Shown here piece by piece: positions 1 through 11,319 of a DNA stretch of 47,451 bases. Source of the DNA: Thermoguttaceae bacterium (GTDB lineage Bacteria > Planctomycetota > Planctomycetia > Pirellulales > Thermoguttaceae); contig JBEKZQ010000667.1 of the NCBI GenBank assembly GCA_049509675.1, positions 1 through 47,451 of the forward strand, read 5' to 3'. Positions within the stretch are counted from its first letter, which is position 1. The number at the start of each line of letters is the position of its first letter. The notes below the pieces were generated by a model, which did not search any database, was not told the DNA's origin, and was given only the letters and a program-made list of their open reading frames with translations. Position numbers and translations under genes: made by a program.

Positions 1-122
1 GCGACCCCGTGCGGAGTTCCTGCGGCTATGGCGGACGGCCGGCGGCGACGGATTTACCTTGATTCCAACCGACCGTGGGTTGAAACCCACGGCTACCATC
101 GGGCCATCGCTACGCGATTAGC
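1..122. repeat. Terminal direct repeat, copy 1 (identical to 47330-47451); indicates a circularly closed or terminally redundant genome of 47329 unique bp
   Basis: Both window ends read gcgaccccgtgcggagttcc...ccatcgctacgcgattagc. Copy 1 also holds the 3' end (stop TAG 119-121) of the CDS starting at 46812. Confidence 0.95.
73..119 (+). repeat. REP/MITE-like unit A (ccgtgggttgaaacccacggctaccatcgggccatcgctacgcgatt)
   Basis: Same ~47 nt unit at 13001-13047, 41416-41462, 42942-42988, 47402-47448. Inverted variants at 12862-12906, 38183-38227, 41273-41318, 42805-42849. Contains the palindrome ccgtgggt..acccacgg. Confidence 0.9.
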
Positions 123-145
123 CCAATTTCCCGGGAGACTTTGTC

Positions 146-937
146 GTGAAGAAAAATGCTCGTACCGTTTTGGCCGTGATTGTTGCGGCCGCCGTCTGCT
201 TCGGTGTCGGACTCTTACTCGCTTCCGCCGCCCCGGCGCAGTGCATCAACGGCCAGTGTCCGCTTCAAAATGGCCGCTGCCCGCTGCAATCGCTGTTGCA
301 CCCGCAGGCCCCGGTGGTGAACGTGCAAGTACCCGATTCGCCCACCCCCATCGTGAATAACTACCTGCCGGCTGCCGCACAGCAGGCCGAGGCAAAGCAG
401 GCGGAGGCGAACCCGATCCTGGTGATTCTCGCCGTCCTGGCCGGCGGCCTGGTCACGGGCGCGCTGTGTTTCAAGTCGCGCGTCAACGCGGCCGGCTCGA
501 GCGGCTCCGCCGCCATGCTGCCGATCGCCGGGGCGGGCGGTTTTGATCCGATGTACCTGGTGGCGGCTGCCGCCGGCGCTCTGATCGTCTACGGCATTTT
601 CAAGCTGCTCGACAAGAAGCTGGCCGTCGACGCCGATCTGCAAGAGGCCGCCACGCTGGCCGCGAAGTACGGCCTGGACCATACCACGCGGATCCTGCAC
701 GCCCTGGCCTCCGGCAATCTGCCTGCGGCCGTCGCCGAAGGAAAGGTCTTGCTCCGCGCCTTGCGCGATCCGAAGCAACTCAAGACGCTTTTGCAGGGCG
801 TGGCCGACAACGTGACCACGGCGCAACTGGCCGATCCGGCCGAGGCCCTGGCCCTGGCCAAGAAAGTGGCCGCGCTGTCCACGAGCAACCCGGCCGTCCT
901 CAAGGCCGCCGGACTGGCTGCAATCGCGGCAGCGTGA
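146..937 (+). CDS. Membrane protein of unknown function next to the lysis-like genes (about 3 hydrophobic helices, Cys-rich N-terminal segment)
   Basis: GTG start. Hydrophobic N-terminus TVLAVIVAAAVCFGVGLLLASAA, then CINGQCPLQNGRCPLQ, then helices ILVILAVLAGGLVTGALCF and YLVAAAAGALIVYGIF. GC-rich third codon positions. Confidence 0.6.
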   Translation: MKKNARTVLAVIVAAAVCFGVGLLLASAAPAQCINGQCPLQNGRCPLQSLLHPQAPVVNVQVPDSPTPIVNNYLPAAAQQAEAKQAEANPILVILAVLAGGLVTGALCFKSRVNAAGSSGSAAMLPIAGAGGFDPMYLVAAAAGALIVYGIFKLLDKKLAVDADLQEAATLAAKYGLDHTTRILHALASGNLPAAVAEGKVLLRALRDPKQLKTLLQGVADNVTTAQLADPAEALALAKKVAALSTSNPAVLKAAGLAAIAAA

Positions 938-1027
938 ACAGGTGAAATTGGAGCAGGAGAGCAGGCGAGAAAACGGGGAAGCAGGGTGATCGGTCACCTG
1001 TTCTCCTAATCCCCTGTTCTCCTGTTC
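936..1027. repeat. Inverted tandem-repeat hairpin, CAGGTGA/CAGGAGA family
   Basis: Left arm gaacaggtgaaattggagcaggagagcaggcgag (936-969). Right arm tcacctgttctcctaatcccctgttctcctgttc (994-1027). Confidence 0.85.
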
Positions 1028-1137
1028 TGACCCGCTCGCCGGCGGATTCGGGGAGCACGAGGGCGCGTCTCGCGATGGCACCGTATGGTGAGCTGCAGCC
1101 GCTCTTCTCCGTCCGCCCGCCGGCGAGTCTCTTGGCA

Positions 1138-1167
1138 GGGATTGGGGATTGGGGATTAGGGATTAGG
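1138..1167 (+). repeat. (GGGATTR)n array, G-rich arm only, ending 4 nt before the ATG at 1172
   Basis: gggattggggattggggattagggattagg; four or more G3-4 runs. Confidence 0.9.
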
Positions 1168-1171
1168 CACC

Positions 1172-1516
1172 ATGAACGAGCACATCTACGACGCCTGGCA
1201 ATCCATCCACTGGGAAGCCGTTTACTACTCGCTCGCCGCGCTGGTCGCGCTGCCGGCGGCCGCCGTCGCCGCCTGGAAGCTGCTCCGCGCCGCGTGGCAC
1301 TCGGGGGCCTGGTTCGCCAATGTACTGGACGAACTTCAGCAAATCAAGCAACTGCTCCAGACGGTCGCCAAGATCGGCCGCGAGCAACGGCGGATGCGCG
1401 GACGGCTGACGGACGTCGAGGCCGTGGCCCATACGCCCGCCGGCTGCGGGCTGCGGGATCGCGTAGAGGCCCTGGAACAATCCGCCCCACGCCCGACGGT
1501 CCCCGCCCCACGTTGA
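1172..1516 (+). CDS. Small N-terminally membrane-anchored coiled-coil protein (lysis-accessory candidate)
   Basis: ATG start. Hydrophobic VYYSLAALVALPAAAVAAW, then a helical Q/L/R-rich segment. Its stop overlaps the next start (TGATG at 1514-1518). Confidence 0.55.
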   Translation: MNEHIYDAWQSIHWEAVYYSLAALVALPAAAVAAWKLLRAAWHSGAWFANVLDELQQIKQLLQTVAKIGREQRRMRGRLTDVEAVAHTPAGCGLRDRVEALEQSAPRPTVPAPR

Positions 1517-1851
1517 TGATCGCCGGAATCGTCCACCATCTGAAGCGGCTGCTCGGCGACCGGGGCCTGCGCCCGGGCGCGCGACGCTCGGGGCAGTGGC
1601 CGGCCTTCAGAAGGCATTTGCTCGCAGACCATCCGGACTGCGTAATGTGCGGCCGGCCGGCGACGGAAGTCCACCATGCCGAGGAGCCGTATCACACCAA
1701 TCCGGCCCGCGAACTGGACCCGAAGAACTGCCGCTGCGTTTGCCGCCGCTGTCACGAGCTGGGCGGCCACCTCGACAAGTGGGAGAGCCTGAACCCGACC
1801 TTCGATCGCGACGCGGCGACGTGGCGGCGGAAGATCGAGGCGAGGCCCTGA
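1516..1851 (+). CDS. HNH endonuclease
   Basis: CVMCG...EVHHAEEPYHTNPARELDPKNCRCVCRRCH (Cys pairs plus His/Asn of an HNH fold). Internal ATG of the longer ORF 1075-1851, translationally coupled to the upstream gene. Confidence 0.75.
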   Translation: MIAGIVHHLKRLLGDRGLRPGARRSGQWPAFRRHLLADHPDCVMCGRPATEVHHAEEPYHTNPARELDPKNCRCVCRRCHELGGHLDKWESLNPTFDRDAATWRRKIEARP

Positions 1852-1855
1852 GCGA

Positions 1856-1929
1856 GTGTTCAGTTTTCAGTGTTCAGCAGCAAGAGCGGGCACTGGAAAC
1901 TGAACACTGAACACTGAACACTGAAAACT
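1856..1929. repeat. Inverted tandem-repeat hairpin, TTTTCAG/CTGAAAA (CTGAACA) family, abutting the ATG at 1930
   Basis: Left arm gtgttcagttttcagtgttcag (1856-1877). Right arm actgaacactgaacactgaacactgaaaact (1899-1929). Confidence 0.9.
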
Positions 1930-3048
1930 ATGTCCGTAAAGATCGACGGCAACCCGATCGCGAGCGGCACGCCGTACACCACGCCCGGCGCGCACAGCCT
2001 GACTCTCGACGCCGATACCACGCTCACCATACAGGCGTGGGGAGCCGGCGGAAACGGCATCAACGGCACCTCGACAAACGGCCGAGCGGGCGGCGGCGGC
2101 GGCGGCTACAGCGAGGCTACGCTGCTGTTGACGGCTGCGGGAGGCCCTTACACATTCCAGGTCGGCGCGCATGGCGGCACGCAGGGCAACCCCGCCACGT
2201 CCGCTACGCCGGGCAGCGCGGACACGGCGCTGGAGACGCAGCAATATAACGATTACGGGGTGAATGAGTTTTCCTGGAACAACGGCTGCAACGATGTGTG
2301 GGCGCAAGGCGGTGCATCAGGCAGCTTGAACACCGGCGGATTACGTGGTTGCGATTGCGGAGTCGCCAGTATTTCTCAGACCAATGGCGGTAATGATCCC
2401 GGCGGCACCAGCGAGAACGGTAGCTACTACTACGATGGCGGCGCCGGCGGCGCTGGCGGCACGGGAACGGGAAACGGCGGCGGCGGCGGCGCGGCAGCGG
2501 GGCCGTCTGCCGGTACGCCTGATTGGCCAGGCGTCATGGGTGGCGTGGGTGCCAACGGTGGAAACGGCGCAGGCACCGGCGGCACGGGCTACTCAGCCGG
2601 CGGGCACGGCGGCGTTGTCGGGAGCACGGCCGGTCAGGCCGGCACGGCTCCCGGCGGCGGTGGTGGCGGCGGTGCGAAGGCCGCCTCGGGCAATGCCGGC
2701 GGCGCGGGCGCAAACGGGCAAATCATCTTTTCGTGGAGCGCGGCGGCGACAACCGCAACTCTGGCGGCTACTGCAAAGCGTCCGGCGGCCGCAATGTCGG
2801 CGGCATACGGAATCGCCGCAAACCTCGCAGCCCAATCCAAGAAACCCGGCGCGACTCTCTCCGCAACCTATGGAATCCATGCCGCGCTGGCGGCCACTGC
2901 GAAGAGGCCCAGCGCGACGCTTTCGGCGAACTATGGCATTACCGCCTCATTGGCGGCCCGGTCCAAACTATCCAGCGCGGCATTGGCCGCGACGTATAAC
3001 AGTCCGATCCCGGCGCAGAACTATTACAACCTGCTACTGAGGAGCTGA
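1930..3048 (+). CDS. Glycine-rich-domain fibre-like protein with C-terminal 21-aa tandem repeats
   Basis: N-terminal beta-rich segment followed by WGAGGNG...GGGGGGY and long GGxGG tracts, as in glycine-rich phage fibre domains. About four 63-bp repeats at 2761-3000 (LAATAKRPxATLSAxYGIxAx). Confidence 0.65.
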   Translation: MSVKIDGNPIASGTPYTTPGAHSLTLDADTTLTIQAWGAGGNGINGTSTNGRAGGGGGGYSEATLLLTAAGGPYTFQVGAHGGTQGNPATSATPGSADTALETQQYNDYGVNEFSWNNGCNDVWAQGGASGSLNTGGLRGCDCGVASISQTNGGNDPGGTSENGSYYYDGGAGGAGGTGTGNGGGGGAAAGPSAGTPDWPGVMGGVGANGGNGAGTGGTGYSAGGHGGVVGSTAGQAGTAPGGGGGGGAKAASGNAGGAGANGQIIFSWSAAATTATLAATAKRPAAAMSAAYGIAANLAAQSKKPGATLSATYGIHAALAATAKRPSATLSANYGITASLAARSKLSSAALAATYNSPIPAQNYYNLLLRS

Positions 3049-3052
3049 ACCG

Positions 3053-3463
3053 ATGTCTTCCATGCTTTCCAACGCCGCCGCGGCGGCCTGTGCCGGCGAC
3101 GGCTCGCACCAGGGGCTGCTGGCTCTGCTGGCCGGCGGCTCGCTGATCGTCTATCCCGCCTCCCGCCCGGCGAACCCGGATGGGGAGGCCGGCGTTACGG
3201 CCCTGGCAACCTACACGCTTCCCAGCCCCGCGGCCAGCGAGTCCAACGGCGTGCTGACGCTGGGCACCGTGGCGGCGGCCTCGATTACGGCCAGCGGCAC
3301 GGCCGTCTGGTTTCGCGTGACCACCAGCGGCGGCGCGGCACTCTGGGACGGCGACATCCTCACCTCGGCCGGCGACGGCCTGGTGCTGTCCGCAACCGCC
3401 CTGACCTCTGGCGGTACACTTTCGGCCCTGACCGGCGGCACGCTCACCATCCCCGCACACTAA
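3053..3463 (+). CDS. Hypothetical virion-associated protein (family I recall seeing beside phage fibre genes)
   Basis: Pattern LLAGGSLIVYPASRPANPDGEA...TLPSPAASESNGVLTLG...ASGTAVWFRV resembles small conserved proteins next to tail fibres. Tight spacing to neighbours. Confidence 0.5.
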   Translation: MSSMLSNAAAAACAGDGSHQGLLALLAGGSLIVYPASRPANPDGEAGVTALATYTLPSPAASESNGVLTLGTVAAASITASGTAVWFRVTTSGGAALWDGDILTSAGDGLVLSATALTSGGTLSALTGGTLTIPAH

Positions 3464-3472
3464 GGCGCAACC

Positions 3473-4783
3473 ATGCTGCTGATCTCCGCAGACGCAACCA
3501 CCATACCCATCGGCCCCTTGGTCAACTCGGCCGGCGTACCGCAGGGCTCGCACAACGTCTTGGCCAGCGAGGTTTGGATCACTTTTGCGGGCGTGAAGCA
3601 GTCCATCGCCACGCTATACGACGAGGCCGGCAGCACGGTGCTGTGCGAGACCGACGCGCAAGGCTGCGCGCAATTGTCCTTGGCAGGCTGGCCGTCAGGC
3701 TTCAATTCGTTTCGCGTAGACGTGCAATCGAGCGGCTGCCTGGCGTGGTTCGAACCGAATGTGACAGTGCTGACGGCGACCAACTACGCCAACCTCATCA
3801 GCGGCGAATTGGGCAACACGGCCCCGGTTGGCATACCCGGAAGCGGCAGCCCAAACGCAATCATGCAAGGGTTGCAGAGCGATGCACCGGTTGCCCTGTA
3901 CGTGTCACCTTTCTTCGTGCCCGATTCTTCGCTCGGCGGCATTTACTCGATGGGGACCATAACTTCCAACAATTATTTCGGGCTGACATACGGCAATGAA
4001 GCCGGAACCATCTCGTACAACCCAACGAGTCATAGCTGGCAACTGATCTCCGCCGCCGGCATTTGGACCTGCCCCAGCCTGGAAGGCGTTTACATCGGGA
4101 CTGGAGATGCCGGGCCGATCCCCATTTGCAACGCGGCCGAATATGCGGCTCCGGTCGCGGCGGCACAGGCCACCGCGGCGAATGCGGCCCTCGGCACGCC
4201 GGCCGACGGGCACACGATCGCCGGCGACGTGGCGGGACTGCCGGCCGCGGTCTGGGCCTACACCACGCGCACCTTGAGCAGCTTCGGCATGCTGGCATCC
4301 GACACGGCCACGGCCGTGGCCTCGGCCCTGGCCTCGTCGTTCGCGGGCATCGGCTCGGCGATTACCACGGCATTGGCGAATGTGAAAATGCTGGTCGTCT
4401 CGCCCGTCGTGGGTGCGACGCCGGCAAAAGTTCAGCCGGTGAGCCTGGCGCAGGGCTACCAGTTCGGCGCCTATCAGACCGTGCTCGCCGTCGTGGACGC
4501 GGAGGGCAACGACGTGGCGCTTACCGGCCGCGCGCTGGAGATGGTTTTTGCCGATGCGGCGTCGCCGACGGTGGAACTTTTTGCGATCAGCACCGCCGGC
4601 AGCGGGGACGATCGCCTGACCGTCGACCCCGACCATGCGAACCAGGTGGACGTGGCCATCGCTCCGGCGCACCTGCAGCAGCCGCGGGCAATGAGCTGGG
4701 TGCTGTGGGACGTCACGGGGCCGAGCGATCCCGTCGGCCTGCTCAGCGGCAGCCTCGTGATCGGCACGAACCCCAAACCCTGA
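3473..4783 (+). CDS. Fibre/structural protein of unknown function
   Basis: 436-aa ORF with Ala/Thr/Gly-rich beta-type composition. Lies in an operon with the glycine-rich protein. No catalytic motif seen. Confidence 0.5.
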   Translation: MLLISADATTIPIGPLVNSAGVPQGSHNVLASEVWITFAGVKQSIATLYDEAGSTVLCETDAQGCAQLSLAGWPSGFNSFRVDVQSSGCLAWFEPNVTVLTATNYANLISGELGNTAPVGIPGSGSPNAIMQGLQSDAPVALYVSPFFVPDSSLGGIYSMGTITSNNYFGLTYGNEAGTISYNPTSHSWQLISAAGIWTCPSLEGVYIGTGDAGPIPICNAAEYAAPVAAAQATAANAALGTPADGHTIAGDVAGLPAAVWAYTTRTLSSFGMLASDTATAVASALASSFAGIGSAITTALANVKMLVVSPVVGATPAKVQPVSLAQGYQFGAYQTVLAVVDAEGNDVALTGRALEMVFADAASPTVELFAISTAGSGDDRLTVDPDHANQVDVAIAPAHLQQPRAMSWVLWDVTGPSDPVGLLSGSLVIGTNPKP

Positions 4784-4791
4784 GACGGACG

Positions 4792-5157
4792 ATGCCCAGC
4801 GCGCCGGCACGATTATGCGGTCGAAGCGGATGCCGCGGCCTGGTGCGCGGCGGGGTGTGCAGCGTCTGCGGACCGCGGGCCGGCACGGGCTGGCAGCACA
4901 CGGCTACGCGGCAGGCGCGCGGCTACGACGCGGCCTGGTATCGGCTGCGGGCGAGAGTGATTGAGCAGCGCAGGCTGGCCGGCGGCGGCATTGTGCTCTG
5001 CGAGGAGTGCGGCCTGCCGATCGTAGGCGGGCAGATCCACGGCGATCACCTCGTCCCGTTCCACGGGCTCGACGATCCGTTGCGGCTCGATGCGCGCAAT
5101 GTGCGGCTCGCGCATAAACAGTGCCACATGCGAAAAACGGCCAAACAGGCGCGCTGA
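4792..5157 (+). CDS. HNH endonuclease (terminase-associated position)
   Basis: CxxC pairs (CSVCG, CEECG) and HGDHLVPFHG...NVRLAHKQCHMRKT. Sits directly upstream of the small terminase gene, as in HK97-like cos phages. Confidence 0.8.
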   Translation: MPSAPARLCGRSGCRGLVRGGVCSVCGPRAGTGWQHTATRQARGYDAAWYRLRARVIEQRRLAGGGIVLCEECGLPIVGGQIHGDHLVPFHGLDDPLRLDARNVRLAHKQCHMRKTAKQAR

Positions 5158-5274
5158 CGATTGGCGCGGTTATTTGGATGGGGGGGGCAGGGTCGGACCT
5201 TTTTTTGGTTGGTCGCCGGAACCGCGTCTAAGGCTCTTTGGCGCGCAGCCAAGTTTTGATAGGGGGGGTCGGAG

Positions 5275-5775
5275 GTGGGGAAAAGGGGAACGAAACCGAA
5301 GCCGACGGCGCTCAAAGCGCGGGCCGGCACGCTGCGCCCGGGCCGGCAGCGCGACGAGCCGAAGCCCGCGGCCGAGATCCCGCCGTTTCCCTCGTGGGCC
5401 GCGAAGTCGGCGGCCCCGCACTGGAAAGAACTGGCCGCCCACCTGTTTCGCGAGGGCCTGCTGACGCGACTCGACCAGGTGGCTCTCGGCCTGCTATGCG
5501 AGGCCCTGGCCGAGTACTGCGAATGCCGCGCGATCGTCGACGAGGCCGCGCGGACCGACCAGATGGGAATGAAGTACGTCACCTGCACCGATAAGGGCAA
5601 CATCATCCAGCACCCGGCCGTCGGCGTGATGAACAAGGCCTGGGGCAAGCTCACCAAGCTGCTCGTGCAGTTCGGCATGACGCCCTCGGCCCGCGCGGGC
5701 CTGTCGATCAGCAACGCCAAGGAAGAGCCGGACCTCATTGCCCAGCTCATCGCCGGATCGCTCCGCAGAAATTAA
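5275..5775 (+). CDS. terS: Terminase small subunit, P27 family
   Basis: GTG start. N-terminal GKRGTKPKPTALK, central W..L...L...GLLT.LD...L..LCEA, C-terminal FGMTPSARAGL, all typical of P27-type TerS. Confidence 0.8.
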   Translation: MGKRGTKPKPTALKARAGTLRPGRQRDEPKPAAEIPPFPSWAAKSAAPHWKELAAHLFREGLLTRLDQVALGLLCEALAEYCECRAIVDEAARTDQMGMKYVTCTDKGNIIQHPAVGVMNKAWGKLTKLLVQFGMTPSARAGLSISNAKEEPDLIAQLIAGSLRRN

Positions 5776-5789
5776 CCGCCGCCAAGAAC

Positions 5790-7568
5790 ATGCCCACCGC
5801 CACGCGCAAACGAGCCGCCGCGAAAAAACCGGAGACGATCGAGGCCCGCGTGCGCGCCTACATTGCCGGCGTCAGCTCCGGCGAGATCGTGGCCTGCAAG
5901 TGGGTCAAGCTGGCCGTCGCGCGCCACGTCCGCGATCTGAAGCACAGTGCGAAGCGGGGCCTCCACTTCGACGCCGACGCCGCGCGGCTGGCGGTGCAGT
6001 TCGTCGAATGCCTGCCGCACTCGAAGGGCAAATGGGCCGGCAAGCCCTTGCGCCTCGAGGGCTGGCAGATTTTCATCGTGTGGTGCGTCTACGGCTGGAT
6101 GCGCAGCGACGGCCGCCGCCGCTTCAACACGGTGCTAATCGTCGTCGCGCGCAAAAACGGCAAGTCGACGCTCTGCGCCGGCCTGGCCCTGAAGGCCCTG
6201 GTCTGCGACGGAGAGGCCGGCGCCGAGGTCTACTCCGCCGCCACCAAGCGCGACCAGGCCAAGATCGTCTGGTCCGAGGCCCGCAAGATGGTGCTGAAAA
6301 GCCCGTCGCTGAAAAAAATCATCGGCGTGTCGCGCGGGGCGCTGGCCGTCGAATCGACGCAGTCCACCTATCAGCCCCTGGGGCGCGACGCCGACACGCT
6401 CGACGGCCTGAACCCGTCCTGCGCCGTGATCGACGAGGTCCATGCCCACAAGGACCGGGCCGTCTGGGACGTGATCGAGTCGGGCACCGGCGCGCGGGAA
6501 AATCCGCTCTTGATCGGCATCACCACGGCCGGCGACGGTTCGCCCGAGTCGATCTATGCCGAGCTCAAAAAACGCACCGAGGACGTGCTCACCGGCGCGG
6601 TGGAAGACGACACCTGGTTCGGCATGATCTTTACGCTCGACGAGGGCGACTCGTGGCAGGATGAACGTGTTTGGCTCAAGGCCAATCCGAATCTGGGCGT
6701 ATCGGTCAACATCGAGGACCTCCGCCGGCTCTGCCAGAAGGCCAAAGAATCGCCGGCCAGCGTGGCGAATTTCCGCCGCAAGCGCTGCAACGAAGACGTG
6801 GCCACCTCCAGCCCCTGGCTGTCCGTCGAAGAGGGCAGCGCGTGGCAGGCCTGTGCCGGCGGCGATTTTTACGATGGGCACGGCCTGCGGCCCGAGACGA
6901 TCGAGCGCTTCCGCGGCCGGAAATGCTGGGTGGGCGCGGACCTCTCCAGCCTCTCCGACCTGACGGCCATGGCCTTTTGCTTTCCTTGTGAGGACGGCTC
7001 GGCGGATCTTCTCGCCTTCGCCTGGTGTCCGCGGCAAAACGCCGTCGGACGGACCCGCGACAACCGCGTCCCCTACATTACCTGGGCCGACATGGGCCTG
7101 CTGAAGCTGACCGATGGGGACAGCGTAAATTACGACGAGCTCCGCGATACGCTCCGCACGGCCCGCGACGCCTGGGGTTGGGAGATCCAGCGCATCGCCT
7201 TCGACCCCAACAATGCCCGCTATCTCCTCACCAAGCTGGCCGAGGAGGACGGTTTTTCCGCCGAGCAACTGGTCGAGCACGACCAGCGCTGCGGCGCGAT
7301 GAACGAGCCGATCCTGGCCACCGAGAAGCTGATCCTCGACCGCAAGCTCCGCCACGGCGGCCACCGCGCCTTGCGTTGGTGCGTGGCCAACGCGGTGATT
7401 TATACCGATACGGGCGGCCGCCGCCGCTTCAACAAGCGGCGGAGCCGCGAAAAGATCGACCTGGCCGTGGCCGCGGTGATGGCCGTGGGCTGCGCCGCCT
7501 CGGGCGCCGGTGCGGAACCCGCCGGCGCAAGCATCTACGACAACCTGGATCACATCATCATGGTCTAG
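5790..7568 (+). CDS. terL: Terminase large subunit
   Basis: Walker A-like VVARKNGKST and Walker B AVIDEVHAH. 592 aa, positioned between TerS and portal. Confidence 0.9.
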   Translation: MPTATRKRAAAKKPETIEARVRAYIAGVSSGEIVACKWVKLAVARHVRDLKHSAKRGLHFDADAARLAVQFVECLPHSKGKWAGKPLRLEGWQIFIVWCVYGWMRSDGRRRFNTVLIVVARKNGKSTLCAGLALKALVCDGEAGAEVYSAATKRDQAKIVWSEARKMVLKSPSLKKIIGVSRGALAVESTQSTYQPLGRDADTLDGLNPSCAVIDEVHAHKDRAVWDVIESGTGARENPLLIGITTAGDGSPESIYAELKKRTEDVLTGAVEDDTWFGMIFTLDEGDSWQDERVWLKANPNLGVSVNIEDLRRLCQKAKESPASVANFRRKRCNEDVATSSPWLSVEEGSAWQACAGGDFYDGHGLRPETIERFRGRKCWVGADLSSLSDLTAMAFCFPCEDGSADLLAFAWCPRQNAVGRTRDNRVPYITWADMGLLKLTDGDSVNYDELRDTLRTARDAWGWEIQRIAFDPNNARYLLTKLAEEDGFSAEQLVEHDQRCGAMNEPILATEKLILDRKLRHGGHRALRWCVANAVIYTDTGGRRRFNKRRSREKIDLAVAAVMAVGCAASGAGAEPAGASIYDNLDHIIMV

Positions 7569-7659
7569 TGTTCAGTGTTCAGTTTTCAGTGTTCAGTACG
7601 CTGACGCGGAAAACGACGGTCCATTCGCATGCGAACTGAAAACTGAAAACTGAATACTG
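7568..7659. repeat. Inverted tandem-repeat hairpin, TTTTCAG/CTGAAAA family
   Basis: Left arm gtgttcagtgttcagttttcagtgttcag (7568-7596). Right arm ctgaaaactgaaaactgaatactg (7636-7659). Followed by the small hairpin gcgggctttagcccgc. Confidence 0.9.
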
Positions 7660-7694
7660 GCGGGCTTTAGCCCGCAACTCCCGAAAGGGTTCCA

Positions 7695-9977
<2,283 letters not shown>

Positions 9978-9980
9978 CCG

Positions 9981-11054
9981 ATGGGCTACTCGATCTACGA
10001 TTCGCGGGGATATGTGGCCGACGTCGCCAGCGGCGGCGGCCTGGCCGACTTCCGCGCCGCCGCCGCGGCGGATTCGCCCGGGCCGCAAACCGACGCGCTG
10101 CTTTCGGCCGGATCGTCCGACGCCCCGGGGGACCTGGCGGCCGAGCTGGCGGCGGCCTCCTTCGACGACGATTCGGCCGATTCGGTCCGCGCGGCGATCG
10201 CCGCGGCGGCCGCCAAGTGCAAGGACGTCGCGCTCCTCACCGACGGCGTGGGCTTTGATCCTGCGGAGGAGCCCGCGGACGAAGAACGATCGGCCGCGGC
10301 CGAGCAGCCGGTCTTCGAGCAGCGCAGCCTTGACGCGCGCCAAAAGGCGGTCGACGCCCTGGCCCCCGTGTTCTGCGATGTGGCGGCCCGGGTCGCCAGC
10401 AAAGAGTCGAAGGCCATCCGCGGCCTGACGAAGCACCTGCGGGAAAACCATCCCGAGCAGTTCGAGCGGCGCGCCAATGAGTTTTACGACGCCTACCGGG
10501 AGCAGATCGGCGACTCGTTCGTCCCGCCGCTGAGCACGCTGAACGTGGTCCTCCGCCGCCACGTGGCCGAGGAGCGCGCCGACGGCGACATGCAGCTTGG
10601 CGACGACGCGGCCGTGGGGGCCTACGCCAAGACGCTGGCCGGCCGCCACGTGCACCAGGCCAAGCAGCACCTGGCCGACATGATGACCGGCGAGAAAGAA
10701 CAGGTGAGCGATGGAGCAGGTGAACAGGTGAGACAGCAACCGGTCAACTGTTCACCTGCTCAGAATTCACCTGCTCTGATCGCCGATCGGATCGACGCCG
10801 CCATGCTCTTGCGCGAGAAGTCGGCCCCCGCCGCCGCCGATCGCCAGCTCCGCCAGGCCGCCGGCTTTTTGACGCGGGAAGCCTATCGCGCCGCCGGCTG
10901 CAAGTCGCTCCGTTGGGTGGCCAACCCGGCCGACGGCGAAGAGTGCCGCGCCCTGAACGGCCGCGTCGTGGCCATCGACGAACCGTTTGCCGAAGGCCGC
11001 CATCATCCGCCCCTGAACGACACCTGCCATTGCGGCATCGTGGGAGAAGCCTGA
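9981..11054 (+). CDS. Head morphogenesis protein, SPP1 gp7 / Mu F-like (C-terminal motif), interrupted by an in-frame hairpin repeat
   Basis: C-terminus CRALNGRVVAIDEPFAEGRHHPPLNDTCHCGIV matches the MuF PP.H.nC.C signature. The CAGGTGA-family inverted repeat at 10698-10776 lies in frame. Confidence 0.6.
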   Translation: MGYSIYDSRGYVADVASGGGLADFRAAAAADSPGPQTDALLSAGSSDAPGDLAAELAAASFDDDSADSVRAAIAAAAAKCKDVALLTDGVGFDPAEEPADEERSAAAEQPVFEQRSLDARQKAVDALAPVFCDVAARVASKESKAIRGLTKHLRENHPEQFERRANEFYDAYREQIGDSFVPPLSTLNVVLRRHVAEERADGDMQLGDDAAVGAYAKTLAGRHVHQAKQHLADMMTGEKEQVSDGAGEQVRQQPVNCSPAQNSPALIADRIDAAMLLREKSAPAAADRQLRQAAGFLTREAYRAAGCKSLRWVANPADGEECRALNGRVVAIDEPFAEGRHHPPLNDTCHCGIVGEA

Positions 11055-11055
11055 T

Positions 11056-11319
11056 ATGGGAAAAGGTAGCCGCCGCCGGCCCTGCCTGGTCAGCCGCGAA
11101 CAGTTCGAACGCAACTGGGAACGGGCCTTCGGCAGGAAGGAAAAGCAGCCACGGATGAAACACGGAACGAACACGGAAGGGAATCACGAAAGCACGAAAA
11201 CGCGAAACGCCCCCGCCCCAAAGGGGCCTGACTCGATAGCCCAGGGCAACGCCCTGGGTGCGCAGAGCCATAAAACCTCAGCCCCGCAGGGGCGCAACAA
11301 ACGGAAACCGATGCCATGA
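11056..11319 (+). CDS. Small hypothetical protein; only the first ~30 codons look protein-like, the rest reads through repeat elements
   Basis: MGKGSRRRPCLVSREQFERNWERAFG, followed by translation of the CACGRAW array and hairpins at 11149-11300. Confidence 0.3.
   Translation: MGKGSRRRPCLVSREQFERNWERAFGRKEKQPRMKHGTNTEGNHESTKTRNAPAPKGPDSIAQGNALGAQSHKTSAPQGRNKRKPMP
11216..11300 (+). ncRNA. Conserved three-hairpin leader element, copy 1 (upstream of the protease gene)
   Basis: ccccaaagggg / ctcgatagcccagggcaacgccctggg / gccccgcaggggcgcaacaa. A paralogous ~87-nt copy lies at 15934-16020 with conserved stems and different loops. Confidence 0.4.

Noticed and set aside
1138-1167. Telomere-like (TTAGGGA)n arrays as ends of a linear replicon
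   Set aside because: The arrays are internal and scattered, and usually paired with their complement as hairpins. The actual record ends are a plain 122-bp direct overlap with no such array at the tips.
1075-1515. Upstream part of ORF 1075-1851
   Set aside because: It overlaps the better-supported membrane/coiled-coil ORF 1172-1516 in another frame and is Arg/Ala-rich. The HNH domain starts at the internal ATG at 1516, which is coupled to the upstream stop.
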